Origin: a virus
Virus record (IMG/VR): IMGVR_UViG_3300005563_000031
Span: 1 to 64,000 of that record
Length of the DNA stretch: 64,000 bases
Direction: 5' to 3' (one strand)
How positions within the stretch are numbered: position 1 is the first letter of the stretch; each line of letters starts with the position of its first letter. A program made the translations under genes and the position numbers. Positions 62,555-64,000 of the stretch are shown here, piece after piece. Under the pieces are notes generated by a model. That model did not search any database. It was not told the origin of the DNA and was given only the letters and a program-made list of their open reading frames with translations.

Positions 62555-64000
62555 CTACGGGCTCGTATCCCAATTGCCCGGCGGCAATTTGTTAGTCCCA
62601 CCGTTATTGCTGTTGACCAAACTAATCATATCGGTGTACTTCATACAGAACCGCGTTGCGTAAACCCAGATCATCACCTGACACCCAAGCCCCGTATGCG
62701 CCGGTCGACTACCCGAGGCGGGGATTGCAATCCGAGTCATCACATCATTCCAAATAGCTTGGAAGTTGTTGTTGGTTGAAGTACCGAGCGGCGGCGGGCA
62801 GTTTGCGCCCGTACCGGCACCGATGCCAGGACCTTCCGTATTACCTATCAAAAACACCGTGTCTCGAATATCGCCCAATGTGCCTGTAAGCCCCGTAAGC
62901 ACGTTGAGGAACGTCGTGTACCACGCGTTGACATTCCCATGCACACCAAACAATGGGGTATCCGGTCCACCGTACCCAAACTTAGCGGGGTAAGCGTTCT
63001 GCAACGTAGTAACAAGGGTTTGGTTTGCAGACGCATCGGCCGTGCCGGCCATGTACGAAGCCGGACACCAAATAAGTCCTTTGTAATTGGTGTTAGCCGC
63101 CATCGTAAGATGCATGTTGATAAAGCGGGTGTTGTAGTTGGTTTGGTCACAAATCGCGTGCCCATTAATATCTACAACAGCCGCAATCGACTCGTCACCC
63201 GTAGCGATTATGTCAACTCGATTATCGGTATCGAGGTCGTGTACGGCTTGCAATACCCCCGCCCACATCTCATCGAGCGCATTCCATATCGCCACGTTGT
63301 CATAATCAAGCTGTTCGCGTGCGTTGGAATTGGTCTGGAAGAACAACTTCATCCAGTTCGTCGGCATCCAAGCGGGCCAGTAGCTCGAATCGGGCATCTT
63401 CATCTTGCCGAGGTAATACGTAGATCCCACCGCTCCCCAACTGCCGGTAATCGTGACGTTGTTGCCTGAGATCGCAGTGACGGGCTTAAGCGAGCCACCC
63501 GTGTTGCACTGTAACCACCCCGAACCCACCGACGTGGTGCCGTTCGGAGTAAGGGTAGCGGTGCTACCTGCAACTGAGGCAATCGTGCCTGACTGCTGGG
63601 ATGGAAACGCGCCTTGCCAGAACTTAATAGTTAAATAAATCTTCTTCGACGTTATCGCCCGCAACCGGCCGAGAATATCCGATAGGTAACTTCTGAAGTT
63701 GACAAACGTTTGCGCACCGCTCGTAAGCGTGGCGTCTGAAATAGAAACCCACGGGAATATGATAACAACACGGTTGAACAAATTAGCCGTGTTGGCAATG
63801 GTCGGAAGCGCTACATTGAGCTGCGTGGACTGATTTCCCGGCCAGGCATCGTGATTGTCGAACCAGAACCCGTGCCCCGGATGAATTTTCGTACCGTTAC
63901 CCCCGCCGCCGCTCGCCGGTTGTTTCGGTACGATGGGTAAATTGGGGCTAAGATCGGATACGTTGTTATTCGCATCGATCGCGCGCAATTGCACGTTTAC
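62555..64000 (-). CDS. virion-associated protein with possible TIM-barrel glycoside hydrolase domain (5' truncated)
   Basis: frame open toward the window edge; KIHPGH, DES, GGPD; Asn/Trp-rich. Confidence 0.55.
   Translation of the reverse strand, partial: VNVQLRAIDANNNVSDLSPNLPIVPKQPASGGGGNGTKIHPGHGFWFDNHDAWPGNQSTQLNVALPTIANTANLFNRVVIIFPWVSISDATLTSGAQTFVNFRSYLSDILGRLRAITSKKIYLTIKFWQGAFPSQQSGTIASVAGSTATLTPNGTTSVGSGWLQCNTGGSLKPVTAISGNNVTITGSWGAVGSTYYLGKMKMPDSSYWPAWMPTNWMKLFFQTNSNAREQLDYDNVAIWNALDEMWAGVLQAVHDLDTDNRVDIIATGDESIAAVVDINGHAICDQTNYNTRFINMHLTMAANTNYKGLIWCPASYMAGTADASANQTLVTTLQNAYPAKFGYGGPDTPLFGVHGNVNAWYTTFLNVLTGLTGTLGDIRDTVFLIGNTEGPGIGAGTGANCPPPLGTSTNNNFQAIWNDVMTRIAIPASGSRPAHTGLGCQVMIWVYATRFCMKYTDMISLVNSNNGGTNKLPPGNWDTSP

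Noticed and set aside
1-64000. CRISPR array, rRNA, integrase, transposase, intein or self-splicing intron
   Set aside because: No regularly spaced repeats or recombinase motifs seen; polymerase, DnaB and RecA have ordinary lengths with contiguous motifs.

Overview
A 64-kb segment of a tailed dsDNA phage, most likely infecting a Gram-negative host (embedded Rz/Rz1 spanins; GTA/lambda-like tail tip). The + strand from 0.7 to 31 kb is a replication/recombination module: primase, sliding clamp, UDG-fused family A polymerase, clamp loader, gp32-like SSB, RecA, resolvase, SbcCD, DnaB and SNF2. It is interleaved with a complete preQ1 (7-deazaguanine) pathway (folE, queD, queE, queC, queF) and a divergent TGT/DpdA-like gene. 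From 31 to 40 kb lie early/accessory genes under sigma70-like promoters that share one pseudo-palindromic operator. A holin/spanin island follows on the - strand, then HD-vWA and GH5 genes. A 6.9-kb minus-strand array holds about 40 tRNA or tRNA-like genes covering all 20 amino acids. The endolysin and tail genes complete the window on the - strand. Two structures stand out. (1) An uncharacterised coiled-coil gene (38494-39276) is followed directly by a ~290-nt RNA with a circularly permuted, anticodon-less tRNA core and 6-nt periodic repeats. (2) The tRNA array is built like an rRNA operon: promoter, leaderless leader peptide, boxA, and a 19-bp leader-trailer complementarity spanning ~7 kb, with many non-tRNA structured RNAs and non-canonical tRNAs inside. 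All calls come from reading the sequence by eye; no database search was run.
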